Source: Eledone cirrhosa
Taxonomy: Eukaryota
Assembly (NCBI GenBank): GCA_964016885.1
Contig: OZ024743.1
Span: forward strand, 144,398,001-144,462,000
Reading direction: 5' to 3'
Length of the DNA stretch: 64,000 nt
Part shown: in pieces, positions 45,001 to 55,445 of the stretch
How the letters are laid out: every line of letters begins with the position of its first letter
Numbering within the stretch: the stretch's first letter is position 1
The notes under the pieces: generated by a model
What the model saw: the letters and a program-made list of their open reading frames with translations, nothing else
Told to the model about the DNA's origin: nothing
The model's database searches: none
Position numbers and translations under genes: made by a program

Positions 45001-47887
45001 AGTATAAATGGACTGGTAGACCGGACACTAATGTATAAATGGTTTGGTAGACCGGACACTACAGTATAAATGCACTGGTCGACCGGACACTACAGTATAA
45101 ATGGTCTGGTAGACCTGACACTACAGTATAAATGGACTGGTAGACCGGACAATACAGTATAAATGGACTGGTAGACCTCAAACTACAGTATAAATGGCCT
45201 GGTAGACCTCAGACTACAGTATAAATGGGCTGGTAGACCGCACACTACAGTATAAATGGAGTGGTAGACCGGACACTACAGTATAAATGGACTGGTAGAC
45301 CTCACACTAAAGTATAAATTGACTGGTAGACCTCATACTACAGTATAAATGGCCTGGAAGACCGGACACTACAGTATAAATGGACTGGTAGACCTCATAC
45401 TACAGTATAAATGGACTGGTAGACCGGACACTACAATATAAATGGACTGGTAGACCTCAAACTACAGTATAAATGGACTGGTAGACCAGTCACTACAGTA
45501 TAAATGGACTGATAGACCGGACACTACAGTATAAATGGACTGGTAGACCTCATACTACAGTATAAATGGACTGGTAGACCTCATACTACAGTATAAATGG
45601 CCTGGTTACCGGACACTACAGTATAAATGGTCTGGTAGACCTCACACTACAGTATAAGTGGACTGGTAAACCGGACACTGCAGTATAAATGAACTGGTAG
45701 ACCTCACGCTACAGTATAAATGGCCTGGTAGACCGGACACTACAGTATAATTGGACTGGTAGACCTCATACTACAGTGTAAATCGCCTGGTAGACCGGAC
45801 ACTACAGTATAAATGGTCTGGTAGACTTCACACTACAGTATAAATGGACTGGTAGACCTCATACTAAAGCATAAATGGACCGGTAGACCGGACACTACAG
45901 TATAAATGGACTGGTAGACCTCACACTAAAGTATAAATGGCCTGGTAGACCGGACACTACAGTATAAATGGACTGGTAGACCTCACACTAAAGTATAAAT
46001 GGTCTGATAGACCTCATACTACAGTATAAATGGACTGGTAGACCTCATACTAAAATATAAATGGACTGGTAGACATGACACTACAGTATAAATGGACTGG
46101 TAGACCTCACACTAAAGTATAAATGGCTTGGTAGACCGGACACTACAGTATAAATGGACTGGTAGATCTCACACTACAGTATAAATGGACTGGTAGACCG
46201 GACACTAAAGTATAAATGGACTGGTAGACCGGACACTAAAGTATAAATGGTTTGGTAGACCGGACAGTACAGTATAAATGCACTGGTCGACTGGACACTA
46301 CAGTATAAATGGTCTGGTAGACCTGACACTACAGTATAAATGGACTGGTAGACCGGACACTAAAGTATAAATGGACTGGTAGACCGGACACTAAAGTATA
46401 AATGGTTTGGTAGACCGGACACTACAGTATAAATGCACTGGTCGACCGGAAACTACAGTATAAATGGTCTGGTAGACCTCACACTACAGTATAAATGGCT
46501 TGGTAGACCGGACACTACAGTATAAATGGACTGGTAGACCTCACACTACAGTATAAATGGCCTGGTAGACCTCAGACTACAGTATAAATGGACTGGTAGA
46601 CCGCACACTACAGTATAAATGGACTGGTAGACCTCACACTAAAGTATAAATGGAGTGGTAGACCGGACACTACAGTATAAATGGCCTGGTAGACCTCAGA
46701 CTACAGTATAAATGGACTGGTAGACCGCACACTACAGTATAAATGGACTGGTAGACCTCACACTAAAGTATAAATGGAGTGGTAGACCGGACACTACAGT
46801 ATAAATGGCCTGGTAGACCTCAGACTACAGTATAAATGGACTGGTAGACCGCACACTACAGTATAAATGGACTGGTAGACCTCACACTAAAGTATAAATG
46901 GAGTGGTAGACCGGACACTACAGTATAAATGGCCTGGTAGACCTCAGACTACAGTATAAATGGACTGGTAGACCGCACACTACAGTATAAATGGACTGGT
47001 AGACCTCACACTAAAGTATAAATGGACTGGTAGACCTCATACTACAGTATAAATGGCCTGGAAGACCGGACACTACAGTATAAATGGACTGGTAGACCTC
47101 AAACTACAGTATAAATGGCCTGGTAGACCGGACACTATAGTATAAATGGACTGGTAGACCTCAAACTACAGTATAAATGGACTGGTAGACCAGACACTAC
47201 AGTATAAATGGACTGGTAGACCTCAAACTACAGTATAAATGGCCTGGTAGACCGGACACTATAGTATAAATGGACTGGTAGACCTCACACTACAGTATAA
47301 ATGGACTGGTAGACCAGACACTACAGTATAAATGGACTGGTAGACCTCACACTACAGTATAAATGGACTGGTAGACCTCACACTACAGTATAAATGGCCT
47401 GGTAGACCTCACACTACAGTATAAATGGACTGGTAAACCGGACACTACAAGATTAATAGGACTGGTAGACCTCATACTACAGTATAAATGGCCTGGTGGA
47501 CCGGACACTACAGTATAAATGGTCTGGTAGACCGGACACTACAGTATAAATGGACTGGTAGACCGGACACTGCAGTATAAATGGACTGGTAGACCTCACA
47601 CTACAGTATAAATGGACTGGTAGACCGGACACTACAGTATAAATGGTCTGGTAGACCTCACACTACAGTATAAATGGCCTGGTGGACCGGACACTACAGT
47701 ATAAATGGTCTGGTAGACCGGACACTACAGTATAAATGGACTGGTAGACCTCACACTACAGTATAAATGGTCTGGTAGTCCTCACACTACAGTATAAATG
47801 GCCTGGTAGATCTCACACTACAGTATAAATGGCCTGGTAGACCGGACACTAAAGTATAAATGGACTGGTAGACCGCATGCTAAAGTA
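1..47887. repeat. 31-bp tandem satellite array (~1,540 monomers, continues beyond the window's left edge)
   Basis: Head-to-tail copies of GGACTGGTAGACCTCACACTACAGTATAAAT with recurrent substitution variants and very rare 1-bp deletions (e.g. ~2755, ~5978, ~25776, ~45607). The last degenerate monomer is GGACTGGTAGACCGCATGCTAAAGTA ending ~47887. Confidence 0.99.
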
Positions 47888-48253
47888 GCACAAAAAAGAA
47901 AAGAAAATGAATAGCACTCATCAGATGTATTGCAGATTAGCATTGTATCTGGTAGAAATCATCCACATATCCTTCTTAATTTTGGCCCGCTGTTTCTCTT
48001 TCCACGGATGTATATATTGTTGATTTTGAAATAAAATCTAACGCTTGGAGACGTTGTTTTCTAGTTATTTGTTTCATTAAATATTGAGCGAAATAGTTTG
48101 CATTACTTTTCTAACGAAACAAATTTCACTTTCCGAAACTTTAACGCCATTGCAGACAGTTTACCGCTTTGTTCCTTTTTTTTGCTTTATTCCAACTAGT
48201 TTAATGCCTTTTTTTTTGTTGATTCTTTTTAGTTAACGATTCTCTTTAGTTAA

Positions 48254-48473
48254 CTCTTTAGCATTTACATTACTATATATATACTATTATATTTTCGTGG
48301 TAAATGCTTTACCTTACATAATTATGTCACATAATATGGAATCTATGAGATTTTAATATTATTTATTTTAAGGACAATACCTTAACATCAGTTGAGTGCC
48401 CGGTTATGGCCGGTTTGAACAGAAATAGGTGAGAGAATTCTGGCCGGATACGGCCGGTTTAAATACTAAAGGG
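48254..48473. mobile_element. piggyBac-like MITE
   Basis: TTAA at 48250-48253 precedes CTCTTTAGCATTTA. The right end TAAATACTAAAGGG (48460-48473) is its imperfect inverted repeat. The right TSD is degenerate. An internal part (~48320-48398) recurs at ~56985-57060. Confidence 0.55.
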
Positions 48474-48707
48474 GAAACGGTTTAAAATATACAGAAGACA
48501 TTTTATTTCTATATCACTTTTTACTTCTACCCAAATTTTTTGAGTAGGATTTAGTTTTGCTATACGAGCGGCGAATCCAAATTGTGTTTGATATCCCAGC
48601 TTCTATTCTTCTGAATTATCTATACTTACAACATTGTTTTGTTAGTAATGGTTTCTTGAACATCTTTTCAATCAAACGTATCTCATGCCACACGCACACC
48701 CAGACAG

Positions 48708-48905
<198 letters not shown>

Positions 48906-48985
48906 TTCATGCTGTAATGAAAGTTCTTTCAATGACAAATAAAACAAAATAGTGAACATTACAAATACGTGTATTTATTCATCAA

Positions 48986-49080
48986 TTAACTTTGCCTTTC
49001 ATCCTTACGGGGTCGATAAAATAAAGTACCAGTAATGCACTATAGTAATTGCTGGCCTTGTGCCTAACGTAGAAACAAAT
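48986..49080 (+). mobile_element. 5'-truncated tRNA-derived SINE (3' half)
   Basis: TTAACTTTGCCTTTCATCCTTACGGGGTCGATAAAATAAAGTACCAG...TTGCTGGCCTTGTGCC...AGAAAC matches the 3' half of the full copies in this window. Confidence 0.85.
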
Positions 49081-49312
49081 ATATTCCACTTTTTTTCAAT
49101 AACATTATTCTGTCTGTCAACAACATTGGATTTTGCTGGTGCATTTGAATCAGTCCTTCGGAGTCGATCTAAAAATCTTTCTTCACAGATCTATCTGAAC
49201 ATCTGAAAGAAAAAGAAAATGAGATATATTATTCATCTAGACATCGGCGCATATGCGTTGGCAAAAAAAAAAAAAAATATTTCCAACACATCCACCGATG
49301 CCAAGATTAATA

Positions 49313-49451
<139 letters not shown>

Positions 49452-49836
49452 AGAGACTGTGTCGTATCGTAGGCGTTCAACTCCTGATAGAGTGAAAGGG
49501 GTGTCGCTGTAACTTGTTCACCAGTCTTTTCCAGCTGTCGAAGCGTGATGGTATCGTGAGTAAAATCTGTATCTCCTCGGAAGCCCCTAGTTTCCTACCC
49601 GAAAAGAAGGTTAAGAGTCATACAGCACGATTGGCATTACCGTACCTTGCAACAGAGTTACATGTGGTGTTTAAGAACTCAAGCCATCCTGTTAAACGTT
49701 GAAAACAAGGTGAAGATGACTGCCACTACACACTAGTCTTCAAGACTGACTAAGCTATAAACAATATCGGATTATACGTGGCAGTTGACTGATTAATTAT
49801 TTCAAATCACTGCTATATATATAACATTCTCTAGAC

Positions 49837-49975
49837 CAGTCATGGGAAAATTGCGGTCCGCGAGCCGCATGCGGCCCATCTGACTTTCAGAATAGCATGC
49901 CTAATTTCAAAATTGGCCTGAAATCTTTAGTATTGCGGCCCACCTGATAATGAAGCACATTCTATGCGGCCAACA
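49837..49975 (+). mobile_element. hAT (Charlie-like) DNA transposon/MITE left end
   Basis: Starts CAGTCATGGGAAAATTGCGGTCCGCGAGCCGCATGCGGCCC with repeated GCGGCC subterminal motifs. It is preceded by CTCTAGAC, matching the NTCTAGAN target preference of Charlie-type hATs. The right end was not found. Confidence 0.6.
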
Positions 49976-50107
49976 GCACGAAAAACGGCATAAATATTAA
50001 TAATTTTACATGTTAAGTTTTCAAATGTTTTTTTCGCACTAAATCACAAAATCTTTATTTATGAATAACTAAAATAAATCATTAGATACACAAATGAATC
50101 TGTCTCT

Positions 50108-50232
50108 CAGCTGAACAGCGACTGCTTGTGTAGTGGTGTTTTCCTGAGGCTCAGTCTCCGCGTGTGTGAGTCTCACAAATGCCGCTGCGGTACCATTGTG
50201 GATCCTTTCGGTCTCCATCCACTGTTGTATCA
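50108..50232 (+). mobile_element. CRE-like (RLE-type) non-LTR retrotransposon fragment, zinc-knuckle region
   Basis: Translates as LRLSLRVCESHKCRCGTIVDPFGLHPLL, matching the LRLG..PHxCxCG..VD..GxHxLxC pattern that precedes the restriction-like endonuclease. Confidence 0.6.
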
Positions 50233-50246
50233 TTATTCCTCACACA

Positions 50247-50450
50247 AGGGCGATGGATTGGCAGTATCGGTAGAGCGTCGGATACCATACTTCACGGCAG
50301 AGAGTTACCGCCCTTTACGTTCTGAATTCAAATCCCACCGAGGTTAGTTTTGCCTTTCATTCTTACGGGGTCAATAAAATAAAGCACCAGTGAGCACTTT
50401 CCCCCTCCCCTTTAAATTGCTGGCCTTGTGTCTGAAGTACAAACAATTAT
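50247..50450 (+). mobile_element. tRNA-derived SINE (older, diverged copy)
   Basis: A-box-like TGGCAGTATCGG, degenerate B box AATTCAAATCC, central TTTGCCTTTCAT..TACGGGGTC domain and TTGCTGGCCTTGTG tail. Confidence 0.85.
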
Positions 50451-50799
50451 TTCTTTCTCACACAAAAACATTTTCATCCGCCCCTCTCGCAAATACATGG
50501 GAAAGTAAAAAGGCTGTGGGAGAAATGGGGGTGGGGTGAAACTCTGTATGCATGGCCGGACGGCATATCTCAGGTGTGCCTAGCAGACAAGATGGCGAGA
50601 GCATTGCCACAGAGAAAATATGTGATACCTGTTACATCAGTCGTTTTAACCCGAGGACTCCTTCCTCTGGCGAGAGGATTTTGTCTCAATTTGGCAGATT
50701 AAAACGATAGACAGGGCATTAAAGAAACCAGACGTCTGAACTACGACTGACACAAAAAAGGAATCGGTCAATCAATGTCTTCTATTTAATTCTTTTTCA

Positions 50800-51290
50800 T
50801 TCCTCTGGTTCCTGTTGATTTGTACATCTTAGTCACTATCTTCAGAGGAGCATTGTCGCCATTTAGCATTCTCTCACAATTGTGTTTCCGGCGACCAGAA
50901 AATCTTGCCTCGTCAGTCTAAATGGGGCTGTCGTCTCTCCCAACCACCTTACCCTGTTGAAGATGAAAAACGATGGTTTCACACACATCTCGGCACATAC
51001 TATACCAGTCAATCATCGTACTGGAAGAGTTTCCTGTTAGAGACACTGCTGTATTCACGGGTATTTCCATTACGAAAAAGAACACGTGTTCCAAAACTCA
51101 GATTGCAGTGTAATTTGATGTTGATGTCTGTATAATGGAAAAATGAGTTCCATTTCCGAACAGAAGGTGAAGTTTGGCACCTCTTTCGAGGACAACGAAT
51201 ACAGGCCAGTATTTCCCACCTCTATCTCGCTTATTTTTTCTTGCATGACGCTACCAAAAAGATGGTAGAGATTTACTTTTTGGGGTATCC
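50800..51290 (-). mobile_element. Merlin (IS1016/ISXO2-like) transposase relic
   Basis: Manual minus-strand translation gives RCPRKRCQTSPSVRKWNSFF (Zn-ribbon-like) and TMIDWYSMCRDVC...KVVGRDDSPI*TDEARFSGRRKHNCER, matching the Merlin pattern DW..xREVC...IGG....VEIDES.F..RKYNRGR. It carries stops and frameshifts. Confidence 0.7.
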
Positions 51291-51591
51291 AGGAGATTGT
51301 TTTCCCCTAAAAATGTAACTGCTGTTTCCTCTGTTAAAATGATATGTCTATAGAAATCTTTTAACAGCTTTGTAGTGGATAAATAGGTTACACTGTTGTT
51401 ATCAGGTTCAATTTGAGAAGGATACCGATGTAGATATTCATTGTATGAAAAGGTAAACTGTAGGTTAAAGGTAATTACATAGCATAGACCATGGATGGTG
51501 AGGTAGACAGCACGCTAAAGTAGTAGTGATTAATGTAATTTCCAGTTTACAGTAAAATAAAAAATAAAATGAAGTAACATAAATTACTCAC

Positions 51592-52152
51592 ATTGACAAG
51601 TTTTCGAAACTAGTTTGTTTACAACATTTTCCAAGGATTGAAAATCTTGAACCGGAAATGTAAATTCTGAACTGCTTGCAATATTTTCAATTTCTTGTTT
51701 ATCATAGTTCTTTATTCCGATAGCAAATACCATAGTACCAGTTGCCTTTAGACTTTCAGCAGCAACTTTTGTAGCTCCTTTATTCGCTGACTTTCCATCA
51801 GTCATTATAATGGCAATATTTTGTACATTTTTCCTGTCTCCATATTTTTCGGTGAATGAAGTTTTTCTTAAATAATTCAATGCTTTATTTGTGTAAGTTG
51901 ACCCACAAGAATACTGGATTTTATCAATTGTCTTGTTTATTTTCTCTTTAGTAAAATATGTATTCAAGTTAAACTCGTTTTGAACATAAGTGCTATAAGT
52001 AATTACACCTATTCGTACAGCATTGGAACCAACAGGGAAGGATTTAATTATATCTTTTGTAAATTTCTTCATTATATCAAAGTTATGACTGAGAAGACTA
52101 CTGGATTTATCCAAAACAAACATGATATCAGCAGGACTTATTTGACATGGCG
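51592..52152 (-). CDS. Intact internal exon encoding one von Willebrand factor A (VWA) domain (matrilin/collagen VI-like extracellular module)
   Basis: 561 bp open exon with acceptor tttcag| at 52158-52153 and donor |gtgagt at 51591-51586, phase 1-1. It has ADIMFVLDKSSS (DxSxS), GSTYT and IMTDG MIDAS residues, RIGVITYS, VFAIGI and terminal cysteines. Confidence 0.92.
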
Positions 52153-52206
52153 CTGAAATATAAAGCAATAAAAGCAAGTAAATTACGAAACATTATGAAC
52201 ATAAAT

Positions 52207-52400
52207 CCCATAAATTGGTGGATTGGCAGTATCGGTAGTGAGTCGGACGCCATGCTTTGACGCATAGAGTTACGGCCCTTGCCATTCTGAGTTCAAATCC
52301 CGCCGAGGTTAACTTTGCCTTTCATCCTTACGGGGTCGATAAAATAAAGTACCAGTAATGTACTGGTTAATTGCTGGCCTTGTGCCTAAAAGTAGAAACA
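52207..52400 (+). mobile_element. tRNA-derived SINE, subfamily A, with 15-bp TSD
   Basis: A box TGGCAGTATCGG, B box GAGTTCAAATCC and diagnostic GCTTTGACGCATAGAGTTACGGCCCTTG. Flanked by ATTATGAACATAAAT at 52192-52206 and 52401-52415. Confidence 0.92.
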
Positions 52401-52415
52401 ATTATGAACATAAAT

Positions 52416-52602
52416 CGGTGGTGGATTGGCAGTATCGGTAGAGGGTCGGACGCCATGCTTTGTAGCACAGTTACGTACATTTACGGACTGAGTTCAAATC
52501 CCGCCGAGGTTAACTTTGCCTTTCATCCTTACGGGGTCGATAAAATAAAGTACTAGTAATACACTGGGATAATTGCTGGCCTTGTGCCAAAAAGTAAAAA
52601 CA
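52416..52602 (+). mobile_element. tRNA-derived SINE, subfamily B-like, with the same TSD
   Basis: Same head and core but internal GCTTTGTAGCACAGTTACGTACATTTACGG. Followed by ATTATGAACATAAAT at 52603-52617. Confidence 0.92.
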
Positions 52603-53121
52603 ATTATGAACATAAATTGTCATGCATATATATATATACATGTAAATTTGTGTTCATAAATTTATGTTCATATATATCCAAACATATATTAAGGATTAAC
52701 ATGTTTGAATGTATACGTACATGTGCCTGTCACTTTAATTTAAATGATGATGCATCCTATATATATGTATGGACATATATACATGTTATTACGTGTTATA
52801 CCATTGTTAATGTGCGTGTATATATATGTGTGTATAGGTGTGTATGTATCTGTAGATTTATGTTGGACGTTCATATGTGTGTATAAGATATACAATTATT
52901 AAGCTTCAACAAGTATGTATTCCTGTGTTTATTTTATTAATTCATTTACAATTTACACCCGTAAAAGTTCACAATATTCTTGCACCTTATCGTGTCAACC
53001 AAACTTACAGCTTCACAAACTGCCAGTTAGCCCTTGCATCTCACCGTCAAAATGCCAAAGTATACATACATATATATATACACATATGTACTTTATATAT
53101 ATATATATATATGTGTGTGTT

Positions 53122-53155
<34 letters not shown>

Positions 53156-53333
53156 CAGTTCAAGAGTAACCAATCTTAAAGAGAGAGATTGAGATAGTAG
53201 AGGAGATATGTGAGGAAAGATTGGTGAGTTAGTTAGAAGCCAAAGCGTAAAGGCATGTGCTCAATGTGCAATATGCAGTAGAAAGCAGCTAGGTGGCTGG
53301 GTTCATGCAGAGGTTAGGTGCGCAGAGCTGGAA

Positions 53334-53916
53334 ATATTCATTAGTTAAGCAAAACAAGACCACAAATTTCACAAGGAAGACATTATTAAAAGATTGTCAA
53401 CATATTTAGTTTGATGTAAGGAATGTAGAGAATATTAATAATAATAATATTAATAATAATAATGCCCGTTTACAATTGTTTCGCTACTCCGTATAATATT
53501 TCTGGATCAGATGACTATGTATCATAATTGATCTGGTTCAGTTGAAAATAATTAATATATTTAAAAAAAAACAGAGTGACTCATCGGAACTCAAATTATT
53601 ATTATTAAGGGCGGTGGATTGGCAGTATCGGTAGAGGGTCGGACGCCATGCTTTCCAGCATAGTTACGTCCCTTTACGATCTGAGTTCAAATCCCGCCGA
53701 GGTTGACTTTGCCTTTCATCTTTACGGGGTCGATAAAATAAAGTACCAGTAATGCACTGGGTAATTGCTGGCCTTGTGCCTAAAGTAGAAACAATTATTA
53801 TTATTAATATTATTATTATTATTATTCTCTACATTCCTTACATCAAACTAAATATGTTGACAATCTTTTAATAATGTCTTCCTTGCGAAATTTGTGGTCT
53901 TGTTTTGCTTAACTAA

Positions 53917-53923
<7 letters not shown>
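53334..53923. repeat. Foldback: ~130-bp near-perfect inverted repeat arms (53334-53463 / 53794-53923) enclosing a SINE
   Basis: ATATTCATTAGTTAAGCAAAACAAGACCACAAATTTC...GTAGAGAAT is the reverse complement of ATTCTCTAC...GAAATTTGTGGTCTTGTTTTGCTTAACTAATGAATAT with about 2 mismatches. Confidence 0.95.
53607..53800 (+). mobile_element. Full-length tRNA-derived SINE, subfamily B
   Basis: AAGGGCGGTGGATTGGCAGTATCGGTAGAG head, B box GAGTTCAAATCC, central domain and (ATT)n tail. Confidence 0.92.
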
Positions 53924-53971
<48 letters not shown>

Positions 53972-53993
53972 ATATGTATATATATATATAATA
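53921..53993. repeat. (TA)n/(TG)n microsatellite
   Basis: Direct reading. Confidence 0.95.
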
Positions 53994-53994
53994 T

Positions 53995-55445
53995 AAGATC
54001 AAAAGATGGTGAAAAGAGTTCCAAGTATTTTGTTATGCGCATTTCAAAAACAAATATCATCATGGGATGATATTTGCGTTCTCATCAGATAAAATAGGGA
54101 AACATGATATGAAGCTTAAAAAACACTTGTGAGCAGTGAAGTTTTAAATCAACATATGAAAAATAAAGTAATATAAGATATATGAAATTGGGAAAAAATG
54201 AGAGGGGGGGGGAGTAGGGAAAGGTAAGGAAGAGGAGGAAAGAAAATAAAGGATGATGGGGGAGGAGTATAAGAAGGAAGGGTGAGAGAGGAGGTGAAAT
54301 GAGTGATAGAGAGAGAGAAATAGCCTTTACAACTGAGAAAACATTGTCTCACAGAGAGAAATTAAAAAACCGTTGGAAGATAATAGATAATTTAAAAAGA
54401 TTTTGAAATTAAAAGTTAATGAGGTTTATGGATGTTGATGTTTAGGATTAAAGAAAAAGGAATTAAGAATAGTATTAATTTAAGGTTTATATATGGAAGG
54501 GTTTAATAATATGTGCGAAAAAAAACAATTTATTAATATGTATTATTAAAATAAAAATATTAATGATATTAAGGATATAATGTGAAAGAAGGAGAAGAAT
54601 AAATGAATTATGAACTTAGAGGAATTAGTTAGGGTTTAAGTTTGTTTTTATGTATTGTAATATGTAAAAGTAAATAATAGGTTTAAAACGAGCACGGAAG
54701 GAGAGAAGAAAAAAGAGAATTTAAGGAAGAAAAAATATCCAACGTCAAAAGGTATATATGTTTACAAAAATTTGTTAATGGTAATATTATTATATATTAA
54801 AAAATATAGTTTCTATGGCCAATAATATGAGGAAAAATGGAAAAATGGAAAATGCTGTAGTGAGTAATAATATGAATTGAGAAGATTAAAGATTAAAGAT
54901 TAGAAATTAAAAGAGAAAAAAAGGGAAGAAAGGAAAAAGGATAAAAGAAGAAAGATAGGGGACCTCTAACGACATAGAATGAGTAAATTGTGTAATATAA
55001 TATACTGAAATAAGGTAGAAAGATGGGTATATTTGTAATAGATATAAAAGCCTTTGAGAAAAAGATTTTAAACTAATTATGTATTGAGATATTAACTGTA
55101 TACTTTATGGAAAGTTCTATGGGATTTATGCAAGCAGAGCGAGAATAAATCCGTACGTCTGTTTATTATAGAATTAAAATTAGATATAATGGTAAATTTC
55201 TCGGCTAGGCAGAGATTACATGTTCTGGATAGGGAAGAATTTCGGTAAGGAAAGGCGTTGCAAACCTTCCTCCAAGAGATGTTATAGTTAATATTTTTGT
55301 CTTTTAAGGACCATATGAGTTCCGAGAGTGCCGTGTTAGTTCTTTTAAGTTGGTATTTAAAATACGATTTGTGATTATAAAATCTTGCTTTAAAGGAAGT
55401 GGAAGTGGAACCGAAATAGGTAAAAGAATTAGTACCAGTTATAAC
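53995..55445 (-). mobile_element. 5'-truncated Penelope-like retroelement: GIY-YIG endonuclease C-terminus, long 3' region and hammerhead
   Basis: ORF part 55092-~55445 reads YFGSTSTSFKARFYNHKSYF...TALSELIWSLK...ISW...CNLCLAEK...INRRTDLFSLCLH, a PLE GIY-YIG domain. A same-strand hammerhead lies at 54027-54095 and the element ends at a (TA)n tract. The outer boundaries are approximate. Confidence 0.85.
54027..54095 (-). ncRNA. Minimal type I hammerhead ribozyme
   Basis: Minus strand: ATTTTAT-CTGATGA-GAACGCAAATATCATC(CCAT)GATGATATTTGTTTTT-GAAA-TGCGCA-TA^ACAAAAT. It has the complete CUGAUGA/GAAA/UH core, long stem II, palindromic short stem III and one mismatch in stem I. Predicted cut is between 54034 and 54033. 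Confidence 0.85.

Noticed and set aside
1-47887. CRISPR array (31-bp repeats with a hairpin)
   Set aside because: Repeats are directly adjacent with no unique spacers, there are no cas genes and the context is eukaryotic.
47890-47935. CTGATGAG on the minus strand at the satellite boundary (possible hammerhead)
   Set aside because: No stem II followed by GAAA and no closing stem I.
49455-49760. GC-richer segment that may be a retroelement tail
   Set aside because: No diagnostic motif and no second copy in the window.
52210-52310. tRNA genes at the SINE heads
   Set aside because: A/B boxes are present but I see no complete cloverleaf, and they are always attached to the SINE core and tail.
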